NCBI GenBank assembly: GCA_015488375.1
Contig: WFNX01000079.1
Location: 1-58,113, forward strand
Source: Mariprofundaceae bacterium
Lineage (GTDB): Bacteria > Pseudomonadota > Zetaproteobacteria > Mariprofundales > Mariprofundaceae
Direction: 5' to 3'
Length of the DNA stretch: 58,113 bases
Shown here: positions 21,167 to 30,819 of the stretch, in pieces
How positions within the stretch are numbered: the stretch's first letter is position 1
Layout of the letters: every line of letters starts with the position of its first letter
Notes under the pieces: generated by a model
What the model was told of the DNA's origin: nothing
What the model saw: the letters and a program-made list of their open reading frames with translations, nothing else
Database searches by the model: none
Program-made: the position numbers and the translations under genes

Positions 21167-22050
21167 AACATGCCGATGCCAGAGCACGCACCCTGATTGA
21201 GGCCCTGCCCTATCTGCAGCGCTTCGCCGATCAGACCATTGTGATCAAATATGGTGGTCATGCCATGGTTGAGAACGACCTCAAACGCAGTTTCGCCATG
21301 GATATCACGTTGCTTAAACAGGTCGGCATCAACCCGGTCGTTATTCATGGCGGCGGCCCGCAAATCGGTCAGCTGCTGGATAAAATCGGCAAGGAAAGCC
21401 ATTTTATTGAAGGTATGCGCGTTACCGATCGTGAGACAATGGATATCGTCGAAATGGTGCTGGCCGGCCTTGTTAACAAGGAAATCGTTGCCAATATCAA
21501 CAGTGCCGGAGGCAAGGCTGTCGGCCTGTCCGGCAAGGACGGCGGCCTGATTTGCGCACGCAAGCTGGCCATTAAACGCAATGCGCCGGAACTGGACGTG
21601 CCGGAAATCATTGATCTTGGCCATGTTGGTCAGGTGCACCACATCAACACCGATATTCTGCATATTCTGGAAAAGGATCGCTTTGTGCCGGTTATTGCGC
21701 CGGTGGGTTATCACAAGGATGAGTCACAAAGCTATAATATTAATGCCGACCTTGTGGCAGCAGCCATTGCCCGGGCCATGGGAGCGGCCAAACTGGTGCT
21801 GCTGACCGATGTTCCCGGCGTCCTTGACCGGCAAAAGACGCTGTTGTCCAGCCTTAACCGGCAACAGACGGAGAACCTGATTGCAGATGGCACGATTGCC
21901 GGCGGCATGATCCCCAAGGTTCAGTGCTGCCTGGATGCCATCCAGCACGGCGTCGGCCAGGCACATATCATCGATGGCCGCATCCCGCATGCGTTATTGC
22001 TGGAACTGTTTACCGATGAAGGTGTCGGCACGGTATTCGAGGAATTATAG
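21163..22050 (+). CDS. argB: Acetylglutamate kinase
   Basis: [18 protein letters not shown] and GGMIPKV motifs. Confidence 0.95.
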   Translation: MKHADARARTLIEALPYLQRFADQTIVIKYGGHAMVENDLKRSFAMDITLLKQVGINPVVIHGGGPQIGQLLDKIGKESHFIEGMRVTDRETMDIVEMVLAGLVNKEIVANINSAGGKAVGLSGKDGGLICARKLAIKRNAPELDVPEIIDLGHVGQVHHINTDILHILEKDRFVPVIAPVGYHKDESQSYNINADLVAAAIARAMGAAKLVLLTDVPGVLDRQKTLLSSLNRQQTENLIADGTIAGGMIPKVQCCLDAIQHGVGQAHIIDGRIPHALLLELFTDEGVGTVFEEL

Positions 22051-22422
22051 CAACCGCGCCAGCTGCACTCCCAGCCAGGTCAGGCTCAGACACAGCACCA
22101 CCTGCCCCAGCACATTGCCCAGTGCCAGCGCATATGCCCCTTCCTGCAATAACCGCACCGATTCGAAAGAATAGGTGGAAAAAGTCGTAAAGGCACCGAG
22201 AAAGCCAACGGTTATCGCCAGTCGCCATAATTCACTGCCGGCAGAGCGCTCAAGCAACCAGATAAACAAAAAGCCCAGTAGGAAACTGCCCAGCGCGTTA
22301 ACCACAAAGGTTCCCCAGGGGAATGAGCCGCCGGCCAGTTTCTGAATCCATTGCGCCGCCTGCCAGCGCATTACCGCACCGACAGCTCCGCCGGCTGCCA
22401 CGGCCACAAGCTGACGCACCAT
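22045..22422 (-). CDS. crcB: Fluoride ion channel CrcB/FluC
   Basis: [10 protein letters not shown] ... [16 protein letters not shown] ... [12 protein letters not shown] signatures. The start is trimmed to MVRQLVAV, giving a 1-nt TAATG overlap with the rarA stop. Confidence 0.9.
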   Translation of the reverse strand: MVRQLVAVAAGGAVGAVMRWQAAQWIQKLAGGSFPWGTFVVNALGSFLLGFLFIWLLERSAGSELWRLAITVGFLGAFTTFSTYSFESVRLLQEGAYALALGNVLGQVVLCLSLTWLGVQLARLL

Positions 22423-23705
22423 TATGCTTCCCCCCTTGCCTGATGACGTCGTTCCGCCACCCATTGCATGCGTTCTTTCAGCGTACGCTCAAAGCCACGC
22501 TCAACCGGACAATACAGATTCACCTCATCCATATCATCCGGAAAATGTCGCTGTGTTACAACCGCATCCGGGGCATCATGTGCATATTGATAATCACGAC
22601 CATAGCCCAGTTCCTTCATCATCCGGGTCGGCGCATTGCGCAAATGCAACGGCACCTCGGCATCGGCCGTGGCCTGCGCAAGCCGGCGCGCCGAGGTTTC
22701 CGCGCGATACAATGCATTGCTCTTGGGAGCCAGGGCGAGATATACCGCCACTTCAAACAGCCCCTGCTCGCCTTCGGGTGAACCGAGTATTTCAAACATT
22801 CGGTGGGCATCCAGTGCCAGGGAAAGCGCGCGCGGGTCCGCCAGGCCAATATCTTCCGTAGCCATGCGAATCAGCCGCCGGGCCAGATACAGCGGCTCCT
22901 CGCCCGCCTCCAGCATGCGTGCCAGCCAGTAGCAGGCGGCATCCGCATCGGAATCGCGCACCGATTTATGCAAGGCGGAAATCAGCGCATAATGTGCATC
23001 CCCGTCACGGTCATAGCGTGCTGCGCGCGTCGCCAGATGACGGCGAACCTGTGCCTCATCCCAACATTGCCCGGCATCCGCCTCATACAGGGCCTCCAGC
23101 TGATTCAGCGCATAACGGGCATCCCCCTGACTGTCGGCTGCAAGCAACTTCAGCGCCACTTCCTGCACAGCAAAGCGCGGGCTCGTTTGTGCCAGTATCT
23201 TGCAGGCCCGTTGCAGAATAACCATCAATTCATCTTCACCCAGTGCCTCAAGAACAATCAGGCGACAGCGGGACAACAGGGCATTGTTAAGCGAAAAGGA
23301 AGGGTTTTCGGTGGTTGCACCGACAAGAATCAGTGTTCCGTCTTCAATGTATGGCAGCAGGACATCCTGCTGCGCCTTGTTAAAGCGATGAATCTCATCC
23401 AGAAACAACAGCCATGTTTCATTCCGGCTTTTGGCCTGCTGCACCACAGCCTGAACCTCGGCCTTGCCGGCGGACACGGCGGATAACTGCGCAAATGGCA
23501 ATCGCGCAGCTTCGGCCATAATCATTGCCAGAGTGGTTTTACCCACGCCCGGCGGCCCCCAGAAAATACAGGAAACGGCCTTTCCTTCCCGAAGCATGGT
23601 CGTAAACCAGGCATCCTTTTCCGTCAGTTGATGCTGCCCGACAAAATCATCCAGCACTGTCGGTCGCAGACGATGTGCCAAGGGCACCCGTGCAGCGGAA
23701 GTCAA
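22422..23705 (-). CDS. rarA: Replication-associated recombination protein A (MgsA/RarA AAA+ ATPase)
   Basis: LRPTVLDDFVGQ, Walker A GPPGVGKTT, LFLDEIHRFNK and a C-terminal MgsA domain. Confidence 0.95.
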   Translation of the reverse strand: MTSAARVPLAHRLRPTVLDDFVGQHQLTEKDAWFTTMLREGKAVSCIFWGPPGVGKTTLAMIMAEAARLPFAQLSAVSAGKAEVQAVVQQAKSRNETWLLFLDEIHRFNKAQQDVLLPYIEDGTLILVGATTENPSFSLNNALLSRCRLIVLEALGEDELMVILQRACKILAQTSPRFAVQEVALKLLAADSQGDARYALNQLEALYEADAGQCWDEAQVRRHLATRAARYDRDGDAHYALISALHKSVRDSDADAACYWLARMLEAGEEPLYLARRLIRMATEDIGLADPRALSLALDAHRMFEILGSPEGEQGLFEVAVYLALAPKSNALYRAETSARRLAQATADAEVPLHLRNAPTRMMKELGYGRDYQYAHDAPDAVVTQRHFPDDMDEVNLYCPVERGFERTLKERMQWVAERRHQARGEA

Positions 23706-23741
23706 CAGCGTTGTCTGTCTGATGGTAGTTCCCGTCCCCGC

Positions 23742-24854
23742 TCAGAAATGCCTGGACATGGATAATGCCAGCATCTGGCGGCGATCCCTGTAGGTACCGG
23801 CGAAAGGCCCGCTGACGGTTTTCTTCGGATAGAAAGTATAGCTGTATACAGCGTCCAGATGCAGGCCAAATGCCTCACCACCGCCACCCAGTGAAATGCG
23901 GTGCCCATCCTGATCGGCAATCAATGGATTAAACCCCTGACCCTTCTGGGCGCCCTGTTCATAGGCATAGCCCAGGCGCAGCTGTGTATTTTCGCGCAAT
24001 GTCCAGGTCAGTCCGGCCATGGCTGCGATGGTATCCCTCATGTTCAGCGGATTGGACACGACAACCGTACCGGCGGATGTCACGTTCATATCACGAACCG
24101 AAGACCAGCGAATCCATTGCACATCCCCTTCCAGGCGCCAGCGATCCGTAATAAGGTACGCCAGCCCGGCCTGTATCTGGTCAGGCAGTTTGATCGTCAT
24201 TTTCTGATTGCCGTCGGACATATTAATTGATGCACCGGAACGGGCATTGATGCCCAGCGACCAGCCCGGTGCCGGCTTCCACAGCAGCGACGCATGGCCG
24301 CCAAAGCTCGTCAAATCCCGATCCTTGAACGTAACGCCCCCCTGCACCATGGTGATATCGGAGAGATACCAGTCCACCCCCAGGCTTAGCGCCAGTGAAC
24401 TGTTGACTGCATAGACGGCATCCGCGGCAATATCGTCCACGCGCAGCGACGTATTGCCTGCGGCCGCCCCGAACACCGAACCCCAGTCATTCTGAAGATG
24501 ATACATCGGCGTATAAGCAAAGGTGAGACCAAGCGAGCTGTCCAGCGGCATCCAGCCACCATAGAAATAAAACATATTCGGCTCGGAGCCATAATTGGGG
24601 GCCACACCGGCCGGCAGCCGAACCGAAGAATCCCGGTAATCGACAATATAGCCCATCGACAAATCCCAACCGTCCTGCCAGGCCTTGCCCGACGGATTGT
24701 AAATGGCAGCCGCCACATCGTCTGCTGTGGCCACAAATGCATTGCCAACACCGGCCGCAGATGCTGCAAGTTCGCTTTGCAAAAAACCGGAAGCCTGAAG
24801 CGGAGAAGATATACCCAGCAGACAGAACATCATCACGATCACTTTTTTCAACAT
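23742..24854 (-). CDS. FadL/OmpP1/TodX-family outer-membrane transport protein
   Basis: Signal peptide MLKKVIVMMFCLLGISSPLQA, then SGF..SELAASAAGVGNAFVATADDVAAAIYNPSG matching the FadL N-terminal hatch consensus. The protein has a terminal aromatic residue (…SRHF). Confidence 0.75.
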   Translation of the reverse strand: MLKKVIVMMFCLLGISSPLQASGFLQSELAASAAGVGNAFVATADDVAAAIYNPSGKAWQDGWDLSMGYIVDYRDSSVRLPAGVAPNYGSEPNMFYFYGGWMPLDSSLGLTFAYTPMYHLQNDWGSVFGAAAGNTSLRVDDIAADAVYAVNSSLALSLGVDWYLSDITMVQGGVTFKDRDLTSFGGHASLLWKPAPGWSLGINARSGASINMSDGNQKMTIKLPDQIQAGLAYLITDRWRLEGDVQWIRWSSVRDMNVTSAGTVVVSNPLNMRDTIAAMAGLTWTLRENTQLRLGYAYEQGAQKGQGFNPLIADQDGHRISLGGGGEAFGLHLDAVYSYTFYPKKTVSGPFAGTYRDRRQMLALSMSRHF

Positions 24855-24861
24855 GGTATCC

Positions 24862-25485
24862 CTACTCCTGTGCCCGAACATCTACGACATCTACTCCGTC
24901 CGGAGCATGAAAGATAAAGTGTTTGGCCGGTGGCGCAACCAGCGAACACTGTGTGAAACCAACACGATTGATATTGCCCAGGGCATCCGTGCTTTCAACG
25001 TATGCCAGTTGCCCCGCCGCATCAAAGGCCAGGCGAACCGGCGCACTGTCAGCGATGCGAATCGTGTACACATCGAGATGCATTGAAGCCTGGTGCGCCG
25101 CCTTAACAAGCTTCAGCGACTCCGGCTGAACCCGCCCGTCCAGCAATTGCATGACCACCGGATCCACCGCATCCAGATCCCCCAGACGCTGTACCTGCAT
25201 CAGATCCGGTTCATAATGCCATATGACGCTTCCATCGCCGACATATAACTGCTCGTAAGGCTGCTGATAAACCCAGCGAAACTTGCCCGGTCGCAGGATT
25301 TCAATGGTTCCGGTATACTGTTGTCCGCTGCCATCGGAGAACTGAATATTCTGCGTGAACCGGCAGGAAAACCCTTTCGCGTGTGAAAAACCGGCAATGC
25401 GCTGCATCAGGGTATCGCGCTCGCCGCCATAGGCGGCATATACCGGCAACAGCAGGAAGAAAAAAATGGTGTAAAGTATTCTCAT
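24862..25485 (-). CDS. lolA: Outer-membrane lipoprotein carrier protein LolA
   Basis: Signal peptide, size about 200 aa, and the conserved ftsK-lolA adjacency with an ATGA overlap. Confidence 0.87.
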   Translation of the reverse strand: MRILYTIFFFLLLPVYAAYGGERDTLMQRIAGFSHAKGFSCRFTQNIQFSDGSGQQYTGTIEILRPGKFRWVYQQPYEQLYVGDGSVIWHYEPDLMQVQRLGDLDAVDPVVMQLLDGRVQPESLKLVKAAHQASMHLDVYTIRIADSAPVRLAFDAAGQLAYVESTDALGNINRVGFTQCSLVAPPAKHFIFHAPDGVDVVDVRAQE

Positions 25486-27671
25486 TCGATCACTCCGCCG
25501 CCATCCTCGCCTGAACGCGCCAGCACCTTGCGTATTCCCCCGGAGCCCGGTGCAGTAACCAGGCCTTCGCGTTCCATCTGTTCCACAATTCGACTGGCCC
25601 GATTATAGCCGATACGCAGATAACGTTGCACCATGGACACCGAACACTGACCTTTCTCAATGACAAGGTTCGCTGCTTCATCATATTTTTCATCATGCTC
25701 ATTCGCAGCCTGTGCATCATTCGCGGCCGCATCCGGTGAGGTAGGCACCTCGAAAACCTCTTCGCGATATTCCGGTTCACCCTGTGCTTTCAGATGCTCA
25801 ACCAGAGCCAGCACATCGGCATCGGAAACAAAGGCACCATGGACGCGCTTGAGCTCGCGCCCGCCACTGAGAAACAGGCTGTCACCCTGCCCCAGCAACT
25901 GCTCTGCACCCATCTGATCCAGAATCGTGCGTGAATCGATCTTGGACGAAACCTGAAACGAGATGCGGCTGGGCAGATTGGCCTTGATCAGGCCGGTAAT
26001 CACATCGACGCTGGGTCGCTGCGTGGCCAGAATCAGATGCAATCCTGCGGCACGGGCCTTCTGGGCCAGCCGACAAATCGACTGCTCGACTTCCTTCCCG
26101 GCCACCATCATCAGATCCGCCAGTTCGTCAATAATAATCACAATATAGGGTAGCCGTTCGGCCTGTTCCTGCTTCTGAACGGCCCGATTATAGCCATCGA
26201 TATTGCGCACCTTGGCTTCGGACATCAAACGATAGCGACGTTCCATTTCATAAACAGCCCAGGCCAGTGCTTTCGCGGCCTTGGTCGGATTGGTCACCAC
26301 CGGCACCAGCAAATGCGGAATATCATCATAGATGGATAACTCCAGCATTTTCGGATCAACAAGTATCAGGCGCAGATCCGCAGGTGCATAACTCATCAAC
26401 AGTGAACATATCATGCCGTTCACAGCCACAGACTTGCCCGACCCGGTGGTGCCGGCCACCAGCAGATGCGGCATTTTCGCCAGATCGGCCACCACAGGCT
26501 GGCCGGCAATATCCACGCCCAGGGCCATCGGCAGGGTATGTTTCTTGCCGGAAAAGGCATCACTGGCCATCACTTCGTGCAGACTGACAATCTCCCGCTC
26601 TTCGTTGGGGATTTCAATGCCGATCACACTCTTGCCGGGGATATTACCGGCCACACGAACGCTGACGGCGGCCATGGCCCGTGCCAGATCATCCTGCAAG
26701 GCGATGATGCGGCTGACCTTGGTGCCCGGCGCCGGCTCCAGTTCGAATTGTGTAACAACCGGACCGGGCTGCACGGCCACAACATGGCCATCAACACGAT
26801 AATCGAGAAGTTTTTTCTCCAGCATACGCGCCATGGCCTGCAGAGCTGCCTGATCATGTTTGTGTTTAGGCTTTCTGCTGCCGGAAAACAGGTGCAGGGA
26901 CGGTAGTTTGAAGCCGGATGCCGAAGGCTCCTTAAAGCCCAGCTCTGCCTGTTGTTCCTTGCGCGCGCGCGTGGAAACCCTGACCTCGGCAGGCTTGGCT
27001 ACGGCGGGCCTGGACTGGGCAATATGCTCGGGGCGCTTCTGACGCGTTTTTTTGCGTTCTTCCCGTCCTTCCAGGCGCTCCTTGCGCAGGGATGCCTGTG
27101 AACGCAAACCACCCAGCCACTGGCCGGCAACACCCAGCGCAGCACCGATAACGGCAGCAATCTGACGCAAAAAACGCAACAGTGAAAAATGCGCCGCGGC
27201 GACGAAACTGCTCAGCATCAAAGTAACCAGCACGATATCCCGGCCCACGGCATGCAGCGGATAGGACAGGCCATCGACAATCTTCGCCCCCAGCACGCCA
27301 CCTGCCCCGACCGGCAGATGCAGACCGGGAGCATGAACATAGACATGCAGCAGGCCGGCCAGTGCCAGAATAAACGGCAGCCACATCAGGGATGTCCACG
27401 GACCAAGAAACGGACGCCGGTTCATGGCAACGCGAACCGCAATCACCACCACCAGCACGCCGATAATCCAGGAAGCAAGGCCAAACAACTGATAGAAAAA
27501 ATCGGCGGTATAGGAGCCCACAATCCCCAGCAGATTCCGCGCATCGGCAGCAGTGGCATGATTAAATGACGGATCAGCCGGCTGATAACTGTACAGTGCC
27601 AGAAACAGCAATACAGCCATCCCCGTCACAATCAGTGCGACGGCTTCACGCGTCAGTGCACGAACGTCCAA
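25482..27671 (-). CDS. ftsK: DNA translocase FtsK
   Basis: N-terminal TM segments, a basic linker, the motor with Walker A VAGTTGSGKS, and a C-terminal gamma winged helix (MVQRYLRIGYNRASRIVEQME). Confidence 0.95.
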   Translation of the reverse strand: MDVRALTREAVALIVTGMAVLLFLALYSYQPADPSFNHATAADARNLLGIVGSYTADFFYQLFGLASWIIGVLVVVIAVRVAMNRRPFLGPWTSLMWLPFILALAGLLHVYVHAPGLHLPVGAGGVLGAKIVDGLSYPLHAVGRDIVLVTLMLSSFVAAAHFSLLRFLRQIAAVIGAALGVAGQWLGGLRSQASLRKERLEGREERKKTRQKRPEHIAQSRPAVAKPAEVRVSTRARKEQQAELGFKEPSASGFKLPSLHLFSGSRKPKHKHDQAALQAMARMLEKKLLDYRVDGHVVAVQPGPVVTQFELEPAPGTKVSRIIALQDDLARAMAAVSVRVAGNIPGKSVIGIEIPNEEREIVSLHEVMASDAFSGKKHTLPMALGVDIAGQPVVADLAKMPHLLVAGTTGSGKSVAVNGMICSLLMSYAPADLRLILVDPKMLELSIYDDIPHLLVPVVTNPTKAAKALAWAVYEMERRYRLMSEAKVRNIDGYNRAVQKQEQAERLPYIVIIIDELADLMMVAGKEVEQSICRLAQKARAAGLHLILATQRPSVDVITGLIKANLPSRISFQVSSKIDSRTILDQMGAEQLLGQGDSLFLSGGRELKRVHGAFVSDADVLALVEHLKAQGEPEYREEVFEVPTSPDAAANDAQAANEHDEKYDEAANLVIEKGQCSVSMVQRYLRIGYNRASRIVEQMEREGLVTAPGSGGIRKVLARSGEDGGGVIE

Positions 27672-29339
27672 TTACACCTCCAGCACAACCGGCAATACCA
27701 TTGGCCGGCGACCGATATTGCGTTTACACCAGCGCCGAACGAACAGGCGAATCTCCTCCTTCGCCGCTTCAATATCGCCCAGTGTTTCCTGCCCCAGTTG
27801 CTCAAGATAGCGTTGCAATTCATCACCGATTTCCCGCAAACGCTCGGCGCTTACATCGGAACTGAGCACGCCACGCGCCACCAGCTGCGGCTCGCCCAGC
27901 AACCGCCCCTCATACTGACTGATCAACACCGTGGCGGAAATCATACCGTCCTCGGCCAGAATGCGGCGATCGCGCAGAACCAGATCATCAATTTCATCCC
28001 GGCTGGTACCATCGACAAACACCGCGCCGGCATGGAATTGCTCACCCACCGCAATACGGCTTTCCTCAACAATCACGCTCTGGCCATTTTCAGCGATCAC
28101 CGTTCGCTCATAGTCAATACCGATGGCTGTAGCCAGATCACGATGCTCGATCAGATTACGATATTCGCCATGCACCGGGTAAAAGAATGTCGGGCGTACC
28201 AGTTGCATCATCATTTTCAGCTCATGAGCCTGTGCATGGCCGGACACATGCAGCGGAGCCTTGCCGGCATGCAGAATGCGTGCCCCACGGCGATAGATAT
28301 GGTTATAAAGTCCGGCAATGATACGTTCATTGCCGGGAATATTGCTGGAAGAGAAAATCACCAGATCCCCTTCCTGCAATTGCAGGCCGGTGAACCGTCC
28401 CTGAGCCAGTCTCGCCAGTGCCGCGCGACTCTCACCCTGTGAACCGGTAGCGATCACCAGCAGTTCATGGGGCGGGATCTGACCGGCCTGCTTGATCGGC
28501 ACCAGCGATCCGGCAGGAATATTCAGGCGTTGCAGACGCTGGGTAATGTCGATATTGCGCTCCAGACTGCGCCCGGCCACGGCCACCCGACGACCACAGG
28601 CCACGGCAGCATCGATAATTTGCTGAATACGGAACATATTTGAAGCGAAAGTCGTCACCACCACCTTGCCGCGACAACCGGCAACGGCCTGTTTCAATGC
28701 CGGGCCGACAACCCGCTCCGACGGACCGCTGCCGGCGCGTGTGGCATTGGTTGAATCCGAAGCCAGCAGAATCACGCCTTCATCACCAAGCTGGGAAAAG
28801 CGATGAATGGCTGTCGGCCGCCCGTCAATCGGCGCCGGATCAAAACGGAAATCACCTGTATGAATAATGATGCCCAGCGGCGTACAGATCGCCAGCGAAC
28901 ACGCATCCATGATGGAGTGCGTCACATGCACGGCTTCCACGGCAAACGGCCCGACCTCAACCCGTTCAGTGGCATCTGCGAACGGACGCAAATCCGCCTT
29001 GAAGCCATGCTCGGATAATTTCCCTTCCACCAGCGCCAGGGTCACCGGTGTCCCGTAAATGGGAAGTTTCAGGTGCGGCCACAAATACGGCAGTCCGCCA
29101 ATATGGTCTTCATGACCGTGTGTAAGCAAAATTGCATGGATATCCAGATCCAGTTCCTGCAGGGCCGAGATATCCGGCACCACGACATCCACACCATGCT
29201 GGCCCGGATCGGGAAATCCCATGCCGCAATCGACAATCACGGCATCCCGCCCCCAAGCGTAAACCATCATATTCTTGCCGAATTCACCAACCCCACCAAA
29301 GGGAAAACAGCGTATTGTTTTGTCACTCACGGAATTCAA
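27672..29339 (-). CDS. rnj: Ribonuclease J (metallo-beta-lactamase / beta-CASP)
   Basis: HGHEDHIGG motif, beta-CASP region and 555 aa length. It abuts the ftsK start with zero gap and overlaps the pyrE stop by 4 nt. Confidence 0.9.
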   Translation of the reverse strand: MNSVSDKTIRCFPFGGVGEFGKNMMVYAWGRDAVIVDCGMGFPDPGQHGVDVVVPDISALQELDLDIHAILLTHGHEDHIGGLPYLWPHLKLPIYGTPVTLALVEGKLSEHGFKADLRPFADATERVEVGPFAVEAVHVTHSIMDACSLAICTPLGIIIHTGDFRFDPAPIDGRPTAIHRFSQLGDEGVILLASDSTNATRAGSGPSERVVGPALKQAVAGCRGKVVVTTFASNMFRIQQIIDAAVACGRRVAVAGRSLERNIDITQRLQRLNIPAGSLVPIKQAGQIPPHELLVIATGSQGESRAALARLAQGRFTGLQLQEGDLVIFSSSNIPGNERIIAGLYNHIYRRGARILHAGKAPLHVSGHAQAHELKMMMQLVRPTFFYPVHGEYRNLIEHRDLATAIGIDYERTVIAENGQSVIVEESRIAVGEQFHAGAVFVDGTSRDEIDDLVLRDRRILAEDGMISATVLISQYEGRLLGEPQLVARGVLSSDVSAERLREIGDELQRYLEQLGQETLGDIEAAKEEIRLFVRRWCKRNIGRRPMVLPVVLEV

Positions 29340-29914
29340 TTACTCCTGCTCCCCGGTTTGACAGCCGGTATGGTATTCTCGCGACAGAGCGGACAGTCAT
29401 CCGCGGCATAGGTTTCCACTTCCAGCGCAATCGCTGTCCTGTGCGGGACATCAAAACGATCCTGCTCATGCGGAGCACGATCCACAACGGCCAGCACCAT
29501 CACCGGCTCCCCGCCATGTCGGCGCACCACATCCATACATTCGCGCACCGAGCCGCCGGTGGTAATCACATCTTCCACGACCAGCAGGCGTGCCCCCTGC
29601 GGAATCGTGAAGCCGCGACGCAACTGCATCTCGCCTTCCTTGCGCTCGGTAAAAATAAACGGTTTATTCAGCTGACGGGCCACCTCCTGGCCGATCACAA
29701 GGCCACCGATGGCCGGCGATACGATCATGTCGCAACATGCAGGATCGATTTTGGCTATCAGCTCAGCGGCCAGCGCCTCGGCATGCGCCGGATGCATCAG
29801 CACCAGCGCAGACTGAAGATAGCGGGAGGAATGCCTGCCGCTGGAAAGAATAAAGTGGCCATTGAGCAATGCTCCGGCATCTTCATAGATTGCAAGAATT
29901 TCACTTTCTGTCAC
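29336..29914 (-). CDS. pyrE: Orotate phosphoribosyltransferase
   Basis: HFILSSGRHS and the PRPP loop LLVVEDVITTGGS. Confidence 0.95.
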   Translation of the reverse strand: MTESEILAIYEDAGALLNGHFILSSGRHSSRYLQSALVLMHPAHAEALAAELIAKIDPACCDMIVSPAIGGLVIGQEVARQLNKPFIFTERKEGEMQLRRGFTIPQGARLLVVEDVITTGGSVRECMDVVRRHGGEPVMVLAVVDRAPHEQDRFDVPHRTAIALEVETYAADDCPLCRENTIPAVKPGSRSN

Positions 29915-29977
29915 GTATCACCCACCTTGGCTGCTAAAGTTTGCGGCAGTGTAACAGCTTCGGGCCGCTGACTAAAC

Positions 29978-30006
29978 CTTACACCTCGCCGTATATTTGC
30001 TAGAAT
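29978..30006 (+). promoter_or_regulatory. Sigma-70-like promoter placing the TSS at or next to the HAD-hydrolase ATG (leaderless candidate)
   Basis: CTTACA, then 17 nt, then TGcTAGAAT (an extended -10 at 30001..30006), then 6 nt, then the ATG at 30013. There is no SD. Confidence 0.5.
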
Positions 30007-30012
30007 CATGTC

Positions 30013-30786
30013 ATGATAAACGATGCAATTGATGCGGTGCTCTTCGATCTGGATGGCGTCCTGTATATCGGCAACCAGCGCATTGCCCATGCCGACGAAA
30101 CCCTGAACCATATCCGAAGCAGCGGCCTGAAAATGGCTGGCGTCACCAATACGACCACCATGCCGAAACGCCACATCATCGACAAATTGCAGAGACTCGC
30201 CCTTCCCTTTAGCGACCTGCCCCTGTTTACACCGGCTGCGCTTGCCTGTGAGTATATCGGAAAAAGAAGCGCAAAGCTCTTTATTCAGGATAGTTTGCGA
30301 GAGGATTTTCAGGCAATACATGAGGATGAACAGGCACCGGATGATATCGTCATGGGGGATATCGGCGGCGAAGGCTATCCACCGGAAACATTACGCCGGA
30401 TTTTCCTGCATATCATGCAGGGCAGTCGCCTGCTCGCCCTGCACAAAAACCGCTTCTGGCAAAAAGAGGACGGATTACATCTCGATCTGGGCTGCTTTGT
30501 CGCGGCAATCGAGTATGCAAGCGGATGCGATGCCATCGTACTTGGCAAACCATCCCCGGATTTCTTCCTGACCATTTGCAAAGTCCTCGATATAACCCCC
30601 GCCAGGACATTAATGGTCGGCGACGATATTGAAAGCGATATCGGCGGCGCTCAGCAGGCGGGCCTGAAAACCGCACTGGTACAAACCGGCAAATATCGGG
30701 AAGACTTTGTGCGCAAAACCGGCATTACCCCTGATGTGCTGATCCCCTCGGTCGCCGACCTCCCCGATGCCCTGAGCTTATTGTAG
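30013..30786 (+). CDS. HAD-superfamily subfamily IIA hydrolase (NagD-like phosphatase)
   Basis: Motif I FDLDGVLY at residues 11-18 and motif IV MVGDDIESDIGGA. Confidence 0.85.
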   Translation: MINDAIDAVLFDLDGVLYIGNQRIAHADETLNHIRSSGLKMAGVTNTTTMPKRHIIDKLQRLALPFSDLPLFTPAALACEYIGKRSAKLFIQDSLREDFQAIHEDEQAPDDIVMGDIGGEGYPPETLRRIFLHIMQGSRLLALHKNRFWQKEDGLHLDLGCFVAAIEYASGCDAIVLGKPSPDFFLTICKVLDITPARTLMVGDDIESDIGGAQQAGLKTALVQTGKYREDFVRKTGITPDVLIPSVADLPDALSLL

Positions 30787-30800
30787 AAAGCGTAGAAAGC
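30783..30800. repeat. Tandem 9-bp duplication GTAGAAAGC x2 at the HAD-hydrolase stop codon
   Basis: Read directly. It creates two in-frame TAG stops, at 30784 and 30793. Confidence 0.9.
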
Positions 30801-30819
30801 CGGTGATCGAATCACACCA

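Noticed and set aside
22045-22430. A possible fluoride riboswitch upstream of crcB.
   Set aside because: The crcB start overlaps the rarA stop by 1 nt (TAATG), so there is no untranslated leader in which a riboswitch could sit.
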